Shown here: positions 1 to 12,620 of the stretch, one piece after another
Position numbering within the stretch: the stretch's first letter is position 1
Layout: the number at the start of each line of letters is the position of its first letter
Assembly (NCBI GenBank): GCA_951406725.2
Contig: OX597825.1
Span: 62,620,001-62,684,000 of the forward strand
Length of the DNA: 64,000 nt
Source of the DNA: Octopus vulgaris
Lineage: Eukaryota
Direction of reading: 5' to 3'
The notes under the pieces: generated by a model
What the model saw: the letters and a program-made list of their open reading frames with translations, nothing else
Database searches by the model: none
What the model was told of the DNA's origin: nothing
Translations under genes and position numbers: made by a program

Positions 1-64
1 CGGTACTCCAGCATGGCCACAGTCAAATGACTGAAACAAATAAAAGAGTAAAAGAGTAAAAGAG
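1..64 (+). mobile_element. 3' tail of tRNA-derived SINE family A
   Basis: ctccagcatggccacagtcaaatgactgaaacaa-(gtaaaaga)n matches the 3' end of the full copies at 30453-30862 and 54753-55125. Confidence 0.85.
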
Positions 65-69
65 AATAT

Positions 70-1116
70 TGTTACGGACCACCTGCCGTCGCTCGGTCGA
101 ACGGGAAAGTTCGCCACGGAAACTCGGAGAGGAGAGAGAGAGACAACAACTACAACAACAGCCGCAGGAAGAGACACAGAGGCAACACAAAGAGGGCAAG
201 GCAATTGGCTCACATTTAACAACTAGTTTATATGACTATTACAATTGTTACAACATCAATTACATATCAAGATACATCAGGTAAATACAAGCAAGTAACA
301 GAATCAACACATCAAAGCATTTAAACTGTCTGGAGACAACAGTTCTGTTTCAAAACACATTAAAGGCATATACAATGTTCGTAGACAAATAAGTTCACGT
401 TACAAATCAATGTTCAATTCACAACAGTTCACATTGTTCTTTTTTTTTTTACTGTCTCATTTCTTTTACATTTCAATACATCGATTCTTTTTCCTTCTCT
501 TTTTCTTCTTTCTCTTTTTTCGTAACACGTATCAATACAATTCTTTTTACATAAATACCACAACTCTTTCCTTCTTTTTCTTCACATATCAAAACATAAT
601 TAAACACAAACAAAACTTTACCGGGCATTCCTACTATAATAGCCAATGTCTCATACTGTATCCCATCTCTCTTAGCACTGCTAAATCCAACTTGCTAACC
701 TCTTGCCTTGAATTCCAAATCCTCACTCCTAAATCCAACCGCTCGCCTTGACCACCAAATACCGACTGCCCAAAAACCTCTTGCTCTGTCACTACCCCCA
801 ATCTCTCTTAGCTCTGTCGCAATCACTCTCTCTCTTAGCTCTGCAATACTCTCTGCCGGTCTTCCTCTGCCCCTCATCCTCTCTCATTCTACTGTCATCT
901 CTCATGACAGCTCCCAGATTCCTTAATCTGTCTTTCTCAGCCCTTCATCCTCTCACTCAACATTTCTCGCACTGTCTCTCACACACTGAACTCTAATTCA
1001 CCTGACAGGGTCGGGGAGCTTCCCCAGAGCCAATTAATCAACCTGCATCTGGCAGAACAATGGATTCATTGCCAAATGTAGGTCGCCGTCAACTGTCCTC
1101 AAATTGAACCACAACA
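70..1116. mobile_element. Probable solo LTR (~1.05 kb)
   Basis: Begins TGTTACGG and ends CCACAACA (TG...CA with short imperfect inverted termini). ATAT flanks both sides (66-69 and 1117-1120) as a candidate 4-bp TSD. No coding domain seen. Confidence 0.55.
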
Positions 1117-1149
1117 ATATATATGTATGTATATATATGTATATATCTA

Positions 1150-1202
<53 letters not shown>

Positions 1203-1215
1203 GTCTATCTATCTG

Positions 1216-1298
<83 letters not shown>

Positions 1299-1305
1299 GT
1301 CTATC
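1117..1305. repeat. (TA)n/(TCTA)n microsatellite
   Basis: Directly visible tandem array; source of the IYLS ORFs. Confidence 0.97.
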
Positions 1306-1503
1306 TCGAAATGCGGAGTAGATGAAACAGAGACAACTGAAGAAGGGGAATATTCTTTATGCTGCATGTCTCGTTTCTCTGTTTATTTCCGTTGTTCAAA
1401 AACAAAGTTCGTTTTCTATGTTTTTGTTTTTATGCTTTCGTTTCTCATTGTGTTCAACGTTTTTTTGATGTCCTTTACCCATTATGCATATATTTATATA
1501 TTA

Positions 1504-1546
<43 letters not shown>

Positions 1547-1604
1547 CATACATACACACATAAATTACATACATACATACATACATACATAAATACATAC
1601 ATAT

Positions 1605-1925
1605 ATGTCATATTAGAGGAAAAAGGACAACACAAATAAGGCAGGACGAGAATCTCATGTCATTTAGAATAATTTAATTAAGTTAAAGTGAATTTGATGC
1701 CTTACAGCTGTTTCTGGGATATTCCAAGTGATAGGCTAGCTTGTCCGTACACTGGGTATTCCGTCATCAGAGACAAGGTGAGTATGTATGAAAGTTCTAG
1801 AAATAGATATCCCAGAAACAGCTGTAAGTCTTCAAATTAACCTTACCCTAATTAAATTATTCTAAATGACTTGAAATACTCATTCAGCCTTGGTTTTTCA
1901 TTATTTCCCTCTAATATGATATATA
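1605..1925. mobile_element. Inverted-repeat element, Penelope-like pseudo-LTR type
   Basis: About 1605-1722 is an imperfect reverse complement of about 1806-1925. It carries a hammerhead motif and sits next to microsatellite. Confidence 0.6.
1698..1775 (-). ncRNA. Type I hammerhead ribozyme motif (canonical core)
   Basis: Minus strand reads ugucu-CUGAUGA-[long imperfect stem II]-GAAAC-AGCU-GUA-aggca. Stem I is 5 bp and the stem III region is palindromic. Confidence 0.6.
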
Positions 1926-2076
1926 CCTGCCAACATAAATGCCTACAAGGGATCCCTAGCTCCAGTTTCAGCTGTGAACCTGGAACCTAATGGATGAACA
2001 TATTATAGTATTTACACAGCGTACCTATTCATGTAGACCACCAGTGAACTAAATTCCTCATATTCTTTATACAGAC

Positions 2077-2134
<58 letters not shown>

Positions 2135-4424
2135 ATATATATATATATGTAGCTGTGTCTATGTTTGTATTTGCTCTGTTTTGACTTCAAGTGATAGTTG
2201 TAAATGAACATCACTGTCATATAACTGATGTTGTTTATTTCCCTTCTTCTGTAAAAAAAAGAAAAAAACCTTGTCTGGCTATGGGAAGATTAAAAATATA
2301 ATCTTGAATGGAAACAGGTGACGATTCACGTCAGAAAGGGTATCCAGCTATAGAAGATATATCACAACGAAGTGTGTTCTCAGTGACTGATGAAGCATAG
2401 AAACATGGATATTAAATAATGATGATGATGATGGTGGTGGTGTTGGTAGTGGTGGTGGTGATGGTGGTGGTGTTGGTAGTGGTGGTGGTGGTGGTGGTGA
2501 CAACGACGATGACAACAACAACAATGAATTGCAATGATGTTTGCACAGTTATCCTGTCGTGCCATTATGGATAATATTATATAATATACTTTCTTGTGCA
2601 TTGTCAATCCTGGTTTACAGCTGAAGTGACCAAAAGCAGAATTACAAAACAACTTTAAATCATAAGTTTTAGTATTATGAAAATTTTTAATGTGGCATAC
2701 AGAAAAAAAGTGTAGAAAATAAAGCCCCACCCCCCACCCAAAAATGCACATATCACATTTGTGAGATGTTGGTGATACGAAAATTATTTAATGACAAACA
2801 AAGAGATTGTCTGACCTGTCAGTACAGACCAATGTATTAGCACACATTGCAGAAAATTTGGACAAGAAATTTTAATGATTAAAATTGAGGTGATTTATTT
2901 ATTTAAATCAACACTAAAATATGTTATTATGACAGAAAATTTATGTGAAATTACATATTCTGATGAATATCTTAAGAGTTTGAAAATATCTCTTTGAAAG
3001 TTTAGTCGAAATAACAAAGAAAATATTTTATGATGCCTATCAAAGCAAATTAAAGTTTCATCATCTATCACGAAAAACAAAAATATTTATTACAACAATT
3101 AGGAATTTTTATTACATAATTTAGTCTAACAGACAAAATCTTATTTATTACATGAGCCAAGAAATTTTATTATATTTCTTAATCTCAAAGACAAAATCTA
3201 GCTACAGCAAATGGGAAATTTTTTTTTATAATATTGTTTTGCTTGGTGTGATGTTATCAATTTATCTCACACTAAGTTGTCTTAGATTAAAATAAATAAA
3301 AGAAAAACAAATTCCAACATCTATTTAGGCAGAATATATCAGAGATTTGTAAGAGAACTTGACCTCCTCAACCACTGATGCCAAACTGTGCAATAAATCT
3401 ACCCTATTGCAAAAGTTTATCATTTTAGTGTCTAGGTTATAGTCGTCAGTTTATGGGGTCATCATAGAACTCAACCTTTTCAGAATAGAAAAATTTACAA
3501 CTAAAGAAAATCACAAAACAATGCCATGAAACAATTGAGCAACTTTGCAATATTAAGCTCAAATCAAAACTACTAAGAAGTTATAATTGATTTCAGAATA
3601 ACTCCTGAACTGCAATATATTTCTAAGGGAAATGAGCTTTTTATAAAGTACAAACAGTAAAGACATTTTACATTAAATAATAGAAAAGTTTTATACAACA
3701 TGAATTATTCTCTATAGGTGACAATAATATTGATTTCCGCAAATTATCGTTTGAGTAACAAATGGCACCAATAAATGTTTAATCCTGTATTTCTATGTGT
3801 GCATGTGTGTAATGATAAAAAGTTACTTTTAATAAGTTCAAGATTTGGTAATGTTCTTGGGTCTGTATCATAACAACCATTGATTGAAAGAAAATTTGGT
3901 CAAGCATTTAATCAATATATCTATGTGGTTGTATGGATGTGTGCATATATGTGCATATATTTATGTCTTGGTATGTTTCTATGTGTGTATGACTGTGTTT
4001 TCTGTATATATATATAATATAAATCAAAAAACTTTGTGCCCCTATCTTGTTGGCTGGTTTCCTTCTTTCTGTCATGCTGTAGGAACGTCGAAGGAGAAAG
4101 AAGCAGCTAAGAAATAACAAGAGAGAGAGAAATCATTATAAAGAAATGGAATTAGATAGCGTGAAAGAGAGAGATAGAGTGACAGAGAGAGAGTAGTTAA
4201 TTAAGAAAACACGTAAAACAGGTAGTGAAGTGAACTGAAAGTAAAAGATAGAGACAAATGAAAGAAAGAGGAATTGAAGGAGCAGATTGTATGAGTAAAA
4301 GAAGTGGAAAGAAGAAAGAAAGTAGAACCCTGAAATACAGAGGGGGATTTACAAGAAAACGTAATAAAAAATATACTACATATATATGTATATACATACA
4401 TACATGCATATATATATATATATA

Positions 4425-4572
4425 ACAATTGCAGCGTGGGAGGTGTTTATAAGCCATTTAAGAAACACACAAAAGCCGTTCGATTCACTCAACATTTAAG
4501 TTTAATTTGTCAAAATATTTTCGTCGCTAAAATCCGCGACCTGTTCACTGACAAAGTCCGTGCTGCATCTAA
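4425..4572 (-). mobile_element. Penelope-like repeat fragment with G3-C8 hammerhead motif (4506-4555)
   Basis: Homologous to 55790-55995. Minus strand reads uuuguca-GUGAACAG-gucgc/gcgac-GAAAAUAUUU-ugacaaa. Confidence 0.6.
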
Positions 4573-5148
4573 GAAAGTAACAGTTAGTTCGTCATATATA
4601 TGTATGTACGTATGTATGTGTGTATGTATGCATACATGTGTGTATGTATGTACATATTCATGTCCGCACATACGCCTGTGTATGCATGTATGTATGTATG
4701 TATGTATGTATGTATGTATATATGTATGTGTGTGTATAAGCACGCACATACACTCTATAAAACATAAAGTTATAAACCTGTAGCGATGGATGGATGTAGA
4801 GTGACCACTCATCACAACGCTATCAAATTTCAACTCCCTACGGCCGAGGCTAGAAAGTGAATTTATGACGCTTGTTCACAAGAACTATACCCTAAAATCT
4901 ATTATCAGATTTTTATCTCTATATCACAGAACTAATGTTTTACTATTGTTCGTATGTATGTATGTATGTGCGTATGTATGTATGTGCGTATGTATGTATG
5001 TATGTATGTATGTATGTATGTATGTATGTATGTATGTATGTATGTATGTATGTATGTACATACGTACGCATGTGCGTATGTATGTATACGCGCCCGTATG
5101 CATGTGCCCATGTATGTGTGTGTGTACATGTACGTGCGTATGTACGTG

Positions 5149-5309
5149 TGTATGCCCATACGTAGGTATGTATGTATGTTTGTATTCATGTGCTACGTAT
5201 GTATGTGAGTGTCTAGGAGATGGGCAGATCTGCCCATTCTCCTAGACACTCACATACATACGTAGCACATGAATACAAACATACATACATACCTACGTAT
5301 GGGCATACA
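5149..5309. repeat. Near-perfect ~160-bp palindrome with no spacer
   Basis: Arms of about 80 bp are centred on AGATCT (5226-5231) with a one-base bulge. Confidence 0.95.
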
Positions 5310-5933
5310 ATAAATGTTTAATCCTGTATTTCTATGTGTGCACATGTACATGTAATGATAAAAAGTTACTTTTAATAAGTTCAAGATTTGGTAATGTTCT
5401 TGTTCTGTATCATAACAACCATTGATTGAAAGAAAATTTGGTCAAGCATTTAATCAATATATCTATGTGGTTGTATGGATGTGTGCATATATGTGCATAT
5501 ATTTATGTCTTGGTATGTTTCTATGTGTGTATGACTGTGTTTTCTGTATATATATATAATATAAATCAAAAACTTTGTGCCCCTATCTTGTTGGCTGGTT
5601 TCCTTCTTTCTGTCATGCTGTAGGAACGTCGAAGGAGAAAGAAGCAGCTAAGAAATAACAAGAGAGAGAGAAATCATTATAAAGAAATGGAATTAGATAG
5701 CGTGAAAGAGAGAGATAGAGTGACAGAGAGAGAGAGTAGTTAATTAAGAAAACACGTAAAACAGGTAGTGAAGTGAACTGAAAGTAAAAGATAGAGACAA
5801 ATGAAAGAAAGAGGAATTGAAGGAGCAGATTGTATGAGTAAAAGAAGTGGAAAGAAGAAAGAAAGTAGAACCCTGAAATACAGAGGGGATTTACAAGAAA
5901 ACGTAATAAAAAATATACTACATATATATGTAT

Positions 5934-5976
<43 letters not shown>

Positions 5977-6004
5977 TGTGTATGCATGTATGTATGTATA
6001 TGTA

Positions 6005-6085
<81 letters not shown>

Positions 6086-6277
6086 GTGTGTGTGTGTGCG
6101 TGTTAATCAATGAAATTCCAGCTTAGTCTGATTTTCACATTTTATTATTTTACAATTTTACAATAATGAAATAAACTAGTACTTTCATGCTTTACACAAT
6201 CATCAGGATTATGTAGTGACAGTTGTACTCCCCAATTGACAAGTTATACACACACAGACACACACACACATACATAT

Positions 6278-6458
6278 AGAAGTAAGAATACAAATGGTTT
6301 GAGGTTAACCACAACTGTTTCAGACATATTTTGTATTGATAAACAAATCAATTACATCATGGAAAGTGATGTTTCATGATGTAATTGAATTGTTTATCAA
6401 TAAAAAAATGCATCTGAAACAGCTGTAGTCAACCTTTAAACTATTTGTTTTCTTACTT
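6278..6458. repeat. Imperfect inverted repeat with GAAACAGCTGTA hammerhead half-motif
   Basis: Arms of about 85 bp meet near 6365 and carry the same GAAACAGCTGTA motif seen at 1703-1714 and 1815-1826. Confidence 0.7.
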
Positions 6459-6899
6459 ATTTTACACCCTACCTGGAACATTACCTCTGTTGGGTCTGCA
6501 ACTTACATCAAACCATGAAACTGTATACTAGAGTATGTCTGTATGTGATTTTTACATGTATAGTTGCATTGATGTGTATATCGATCTGTTCATGTGCATG
6601 TGCATTTAAGTAGCAAGACAAGTCTGTAAATACAGTAACAATATGTCAGTCTCCATGTATATAGTTGATACATATATAGGCTATTCTAGATCTTAACTTG
6701 GTGTCCATATTACTAGGTTGAAGAAAAAGTTTGTGCGCCGTGTTAAAATAATGAACTGAATGAACATACACACCACAAAATATATAAGAAAGCATTAACA
6801 CGGCACACAAACTATTTCCTCAACCTAATATTAAAATACTGTGATTCAATTGAATTCTGCAAATTATATATATATTTGTACATGAATACATACATGTTG

Positions 6900-7397
6900 T
6901 GACCCCCTTTGGTCATGAATGACCATAGGATTGCACCTAGAAAGTTACACTCTGAGGCACAAGTTTGGGCAAGATTGTTTATGGAAGACCAGCAGTCGCC
7001 CACACATACCAGCCTCCCCTCTCCATGCCACCGATGTTATCCAAGGGAAAGGCAAAGGCCAATACAGCTTGGCACCAGTGACGTCGCAGCTCATTTATTA
7101 ATGTGCAAGTGGCTGATCACTCCACAGACACATGTGCCCTTAACATAGTTCTCGGGGAGAATCAGCGTGACACAGAGTGTGACAAGGCTGGCCACTTGAA
7201 ATACAGGTACAACAGAAATAGGAAGAAAGAGTGAGAGAAAGTTGTTATGAAAGAGTACAGCACCCCCTGCCGGAGCCTCGTGGAGCTTTTAAGTGTTTTC
7301 GCTCAATAAACACTCACAATGTACGGTCTGGGAATCAAAACTGTGACCCTACAATCGCGAGTCCGCTGCCCTAACCACTGGGCCATTGCACCTCCAC
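6900..7397 (-). mobile_element. tRNA-derived SINE family C
   Basis: Reverse complement of the head gtggaggcgcaatggcccagtggttagggcagcggactcgcg, shared with 24975 and 59702. Confidence 0.85.
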
Positions 7398-7600
7398 TAT
7401 ACATACATGTATGTATGTATATATGTATATGTATTTTATAGATGGCTAGGATAAATTCCAGCTCTTTCCCCTTGAAGCATGTCTGTTTATTCTATTATTA
7501 CAATTCAATATGAGATCACATTTGCTGTTGAATGTTACTCAAAATACATATTAAAATTGAGAATTAGGAAAATATTATTTGCCAAATCATCGTGTGTGTA

Positions 7601-7645
<45 letters not shown>

Positions 7646-9377
7646 ATATGCATGCATATGTATAAGAGGCCTTGAATTAGAAAGTCTGCAGTTAGCTATT
7701 TCGGAGGAGCAGGTGCCATAATAGAATTGGCAGAAGATGCAGAGAAGAAACACTGTGTCTATAAATTTGATGGCTGAGACGTAATGATTGTTTAAATGTT
7801 TGGCAATTAGTTCGGTGGGCTACATCGCAATTTAATGTAGTGTGTCCATGTGTATAGCAGTACCGCTATCAATCAGATAAGCTTTTGTGAAAGGTTAGCA
7901 ACTGATCAAGGATGGAATATTTATTAGCACTCATTCAATAAGAATTTACTGAGCCAAGCTCATTAGCTCACTGTAGCCAATGGAAAATGTCTTAAATTGA
8001 TTCATTTTTTTTTTTAATACAAATTTATACCTGAAAAGATTTGGCCAGTGATATAAAGATTAAGTATTCTTATTATAGCTGTAATTGATGTTTCTGCTGT
8101 TAATGTATGATTAATAGAGAAAGTAAAGAAAGCTAGCAATGGTGATATCATTGCTGAAGATTTATAATAGCACATGGAGTGAATTGATAATAACCGCATA
8201 ATGGAGCAGCATCTGTCTATGTGAATATGAAGCCTCTGCCACAGACGGGGTCAGCTTGGAGGCCTCCCACCTCATGAGCAGCAGTTGCCTTTGGAAAGGA
8301 CTGGCAATGGGATCTTGCTGTTGTTGTTGTTGTTGTTGTTAAGCAACATGATGGTCTAGGGCTTATGGGCGGGAGACCCCAGACCTTGGAAAAAAAACTT
8401 TGGTCGTCTTGTTGTAGTCGAGGGCTCTTCGTTGACACCCGACACCACTGGGAAGTGGCCCTCGAAGTCACTGGAAATGGAGATCTCCAGGTCCAAATTC
8501 TTGAACTGCATGGGATCTTGCAGCTGCAAGTGATATAGATATCACAGGGCAGCATCCACTTCAATCCATACAACAGACTATCATTGTGACACTTGTGGGT
8601 GCCTGTGTACTTCCATCTCTGGATTGCAGAGTTACATGCACTCTCATCATTAAGAAAACAAACTTTGTCATCATCGGACACCAACAGACTACCAACAAGG
8701 CATAATGCATTACATACTAAGATTAACAGTTTACAGTAAAAATGTTAAATGTTACACATTTGAGAGTAATTTGCATAATTTTTCAAGGGCTTTATCATTC
8801 TGTATCTGAGAATAGGTTATTGAGATGTAATTAAGTGATAAAACTAGCATGATGATGTTTAATGTTTATTGTGAAATTGGTAAAGGCATGAAATTAATAC
8901 AAGCTATGACTATGTAACTTGACCAACGCCTAACTGTGTTAACATTGTTTAACATTTTTGTTAACGTATATCTACCAACTAAGAAAAATTTAATTAAAAC
9001 AACTGTCAGTATTAAAGTGATTTTTTTGAATAATAAAATAAAATAAAATAAAATTTCGAAAATGGGGGGAAGGGGATTAATTTTGATCCCTTTAAGACAA
9101 GACATTTGATCTCAGGTGTGTTGATATGAGTTTTGCAAATATTATAAATGAGTTGATAAGGTAGTGAGTTGGAAGAATCATTATCACACCAGACGAAATG
9201 TTTAGCAGCATATTTCTTGCTCTACTTTCTGAGTTAAAATGCCACCAAAGTTGACCTTACGTTTCGTCCTTTTAACATTGATAAAATAAATATTAATTGA
9301 ACACTGGAATCTCCAGCTTTATGCTCTAAGTTCAAATTTCACTGAGGTCAACATTACCTTTCACCCCTTTGAAGCCA

Positions 9378-10305
9378 GTGGAGGCATGTGGCTTAATGGT
9401 TAGGGTGTTAGAGCCATGATCATAAGACTGTGGTTTTGATTCCTGGATTGGGCCATACTTTGTGTTCTTGAGCAAAGTACTCAATTTCATGTTGCTCCAC
9501 TTCATTCAGCTGTCAAAAATGAGTTATCCTGCAACAGACTGGTATCCCATCCAGTTGAGGAATATATACATCTTGAAACCAGGGAACTGGCCCTTATGAG
9601 TTGGCAAGGCTCGAGAAAGTAACTTTACCTAAAAAGAAGAACACACACATTTGAGGTCAAGGAGATAACTTCAAGTTGAACACTGGGATTAATGTAATTG
9701 AGTGACGCTTTGCCCCAAAGATTTAAGCCTTGTTCCTTTAGTTAAAATTTTTATAACTAAGTTGAAAATTGTGGAGGTGCGTGGCTTAGTGGTTAGGGTG
9801 TCAGCATCATGATTGTAAGATTGTAGTTTCGATTCCTGGACTGGGCAACACGTGTTCTTGAGCAAAACACTTCATTTGAGATTGCTCCAGTCCGCTCAGC
9901 TGGCAAAAATGAGTAACACTACGATGGACTGGCATCCCATCCAGCTGGGGAACACATACACCACTGAAACCAGGAAACCAGGCCCATGAGCCTGGCTAGG
10001 TGTTAAAAGGGCACATTTGTGGAGGCACAATGGCCTAGTGGTTAGGGCAGCAGACTCGCAGTCGGAGGATCGTGGTTTTGATTCCCAGACTGGACGTTGT
10101 ATGTGTTTATTGAGCGAAAACACCTAAAGTTCCATGAGGCTCCAGCAGGGGGTGGTGGTGACCCATGTTGTACTCTTTCACCCCCACTTTCTCTCACTCA
10201 TTCTTCCTGTTTCTTGAGTAACAGCTGTGGGGAACACATATGCCAGAGAAACCAGGAACCTGGGCCCATGAGCCTGGCTAGGCTTGAGAAGGGCACATAA
10301 ATAAA
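9378..10305 (+). mobile_element. Cluster of three related tRNA-derived SINEs (9378-9630, 9770-10017, 10019-10305)
   Basis: Repeated heads gtggagg..tggcttagtggttaggg with B-box-like gtttcgattcc and shared tails (catcccatccag / ggcccatgagcctggctagg). Confidence 0.8.
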
Positions 10306-11699
10306 AATTTAACATAAAGTTTGAAAATTACATACTGCTATCAATATTCAATATTATGATGGAATTTAGAACCTGCAAAACTTTGGGTCTGAGTAGAAAG
10401 CTGGGTGATTCAATGATGGTACATGGATTTTTGTGCTTAATATTAATTTGTAGTAATTGTTATAATGAAAGGTGATTCACTCGACTCAGATATAATGAAA
10501 TAAATCTAAAAGCAAGCATAAAAATTCGAATCACTAATCTGTATATGAGAGGTTAATTTATTTAAGTGTTTGTATAGGACTCTGCATGTGGTCTGACAGG
10601 ATTAAAATTTTTAATTTGTTAGGTTAATATAATTTAGTAAAATGTTCAATGTCTGCTGGGAGAATGTATTGTTTTGTTTCAAAACCTCTGTTAATAAGAT
10701 TATTAAACAAGTCCATGTATGCCTAACGATAGCCCAAGCAACAAATGAAGTTAAATTTTTTCAACCAAAACCAATAAATTCTAATGGTTAGTATTTATTG
10801 GTTTGCTAAAAAAACAAACAGTATTACACAATTCCAAGTAGGAGATTCCTCTCAAAACCATTTCTTTGGCAACGGTATCAGCTTCACTGTTTCAACCAAA
10901 ACCTGCACAGGAAGCCACACGCAAAGAAGTTGTAAATGAAGAAGAAAAATTACCGAATTTTTGCAATTCGTTTGCCAACAAAAATAGCAACGCAAGGAAA
11001 TGTTGAAGAATCATCTAACTTCTAGAAAAATCACCATCACCCTCTTTTCTCCTCATCATCATCATCATTACCATCACCATCATCAACATCCTCATCAACC
11101 TTACCACCACCATCACCACCATCATAATCATCATCAGCGTCATTTAATGACTGGCTTCCATGCTGGTATTGACAGCACAGTATTTTAATGATCTGACAAT
11201 TTAAAGAACTGCATTTTACACCAATGACTACTTTTGTGTGGTTTCTATGGATGGATCTCCTTTCAAATGCCATCCATTTTACGGCTTGTACAGCATTTTG
11301 TTTTTGTTGCACCATCAGTTGTGGTAATCATCTCGAAGCTTGTAAGGTGAAGGCCTTAAAATGTTCCCATCACTGAGGGAGAGCAGATGCGATAGTGTAA
11401 GGTGATCCTAGTCAGAGAGCTGAGGGAAGGTAATTAATGAGGTAGGAAGGTGATTATGTCAAGGAGAGATGAATCTGATCTGTTATAGAGGCTAAAAGAA
11501 AAATCTAGTAGCCATAGATACTTTAGACCAAAGATATACAAAATAAACACTGTTCTATATAGGCTGATTTTGTTAGATGATATTTACAGGTCGAAGTAGG
11601 CATAAGTATTTTGAGGTATATCTGATAAATAGCCTTATATCGCTGACAAATCTCATCGGCATTGCTGTTGCTGTCGTCGTCATCATATACCACAATCAC

Positions 11700-11765
11700 C
11701 AGGATCATCATTTCATCATCATCATCATAACATGTATCATCATGATCATCACCACCATCATCATC

Positions 11766-11796
<31 letters not shown>

Positions 11797-11910
11797 TAAA
11801 ATTTATCATCATGATCACCATCATCACCATAATCATCATCATCATCATCATCATCATCATAATCATCATCATAATCTTAACATTTATCTTGATCATCACC
11901 ATCATCAACA
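11700..11910. repeat. Degenerate (CAT)n microsatellite
   Basis: Directly visible; source of poly-H/I/M ORFs. Confidence 0.95.
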
Positions 11911-12170
11911 ATAAGCTTGGCAGGAAAGAAGCATGCCTTTAAGCAGTACAAAAACAACAAAGAATGGAAGGTGCAGTTATGTACAGGTTGACAGAAGAAA
12001 AGGAGGATAAAAACGGCTTTATCGATCGCATTCTCACCTGGAATCGATTTTTGTAATTTTTCCAAGACTTATACATGCCCTGATACTGTCGGAATCTACA
12101 TATCAAATTTGAGTGCAATCGGATGGAGGATGCTCGACATTCGAGAAGACACACAGACAGACAGACAAAC

Positions 12171-12368
12171 GCCGGTCGAAATGCGTAGCTGTATTTCGTC
12201 TGCCGTTACGTTCTGAGTTCAAAATCCGCCGAGGTTGACTTTGCCTTTCATCCTTTCGGGGTCGATAAATTAAGTACCTGTTACGCGCTGGGGTCGATAG
12301 AATCGACTTTATCGCTTTGTCTGTCCTTGTTTGTCCCCTCTGTGTTTAGCCCCTTGTGGGTAGTAAAG

Positions 12369-12373
<5 letters not shown>
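12171..12373 (+). mobile_element. SINE family B (5'-truncated)
   Basis: Contains the core gttctgagttcaaa..gccgaggttgactttgcctttcatcctttcggggtcgataaattaagtacc that recurs more than 10 times in the window. Confidence 0.88.
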
Positions 12374-12415
<42 letters not shown>

Positions 12416-12420
12416 TATAT

Positions 12421-12581
12421 CATCATCATCATCATCATCATCGTTTAACGTCCGCTTTCCATGCTAGCATGGGTTGGATGGTTCAACTGGGGTCTGGCAA
12501 GCCCGAAGGCTGCACCAGGCCAGTCAGATCTGGCAGTGTTTCTACAGCTGGATGCCCTTCCTAACGCCAACCACTCCGAGA

Positions 12582-12585
<4 letters not shown>
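12421..12585 (-). mobile_element. 3' end of RTE-clade LINE or its short derivative, with (GAT)n tail
   Basis: (cat)n-cgtttaacgtccgctttccatgctagcatggg matches the 3' terminus of the LINE at 40345-41722. Further copies lie at about 43153-43480, 43953-44370 and 51276-51530. Confidence 0.8.

Positions 12586-12620
<35 letters not shown>

Larger units (their letters stand above)
3769..5946 (+). repeat. Near-identical ~640-bp direct duplication (3769-4405 and 5308-5946)
   Basis: The copies differ by only a few substitutions and small or homopolymer indels. Confidence 0.95.

Noticed and set aside
1104-6113. Many IYLS / YIYI / CMYV / HTYI ORFs here and throughout the window
   Set aside because: They are stop-free readings of di- and tetranucleotide microsatellites.
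8217-8684. 155-aa minus-strand ORF
   Set aside because: No recognisable domain. The terminal PVCGRGF hints at a decayed LINE zinc-finger end, but it is too degenerate to call.
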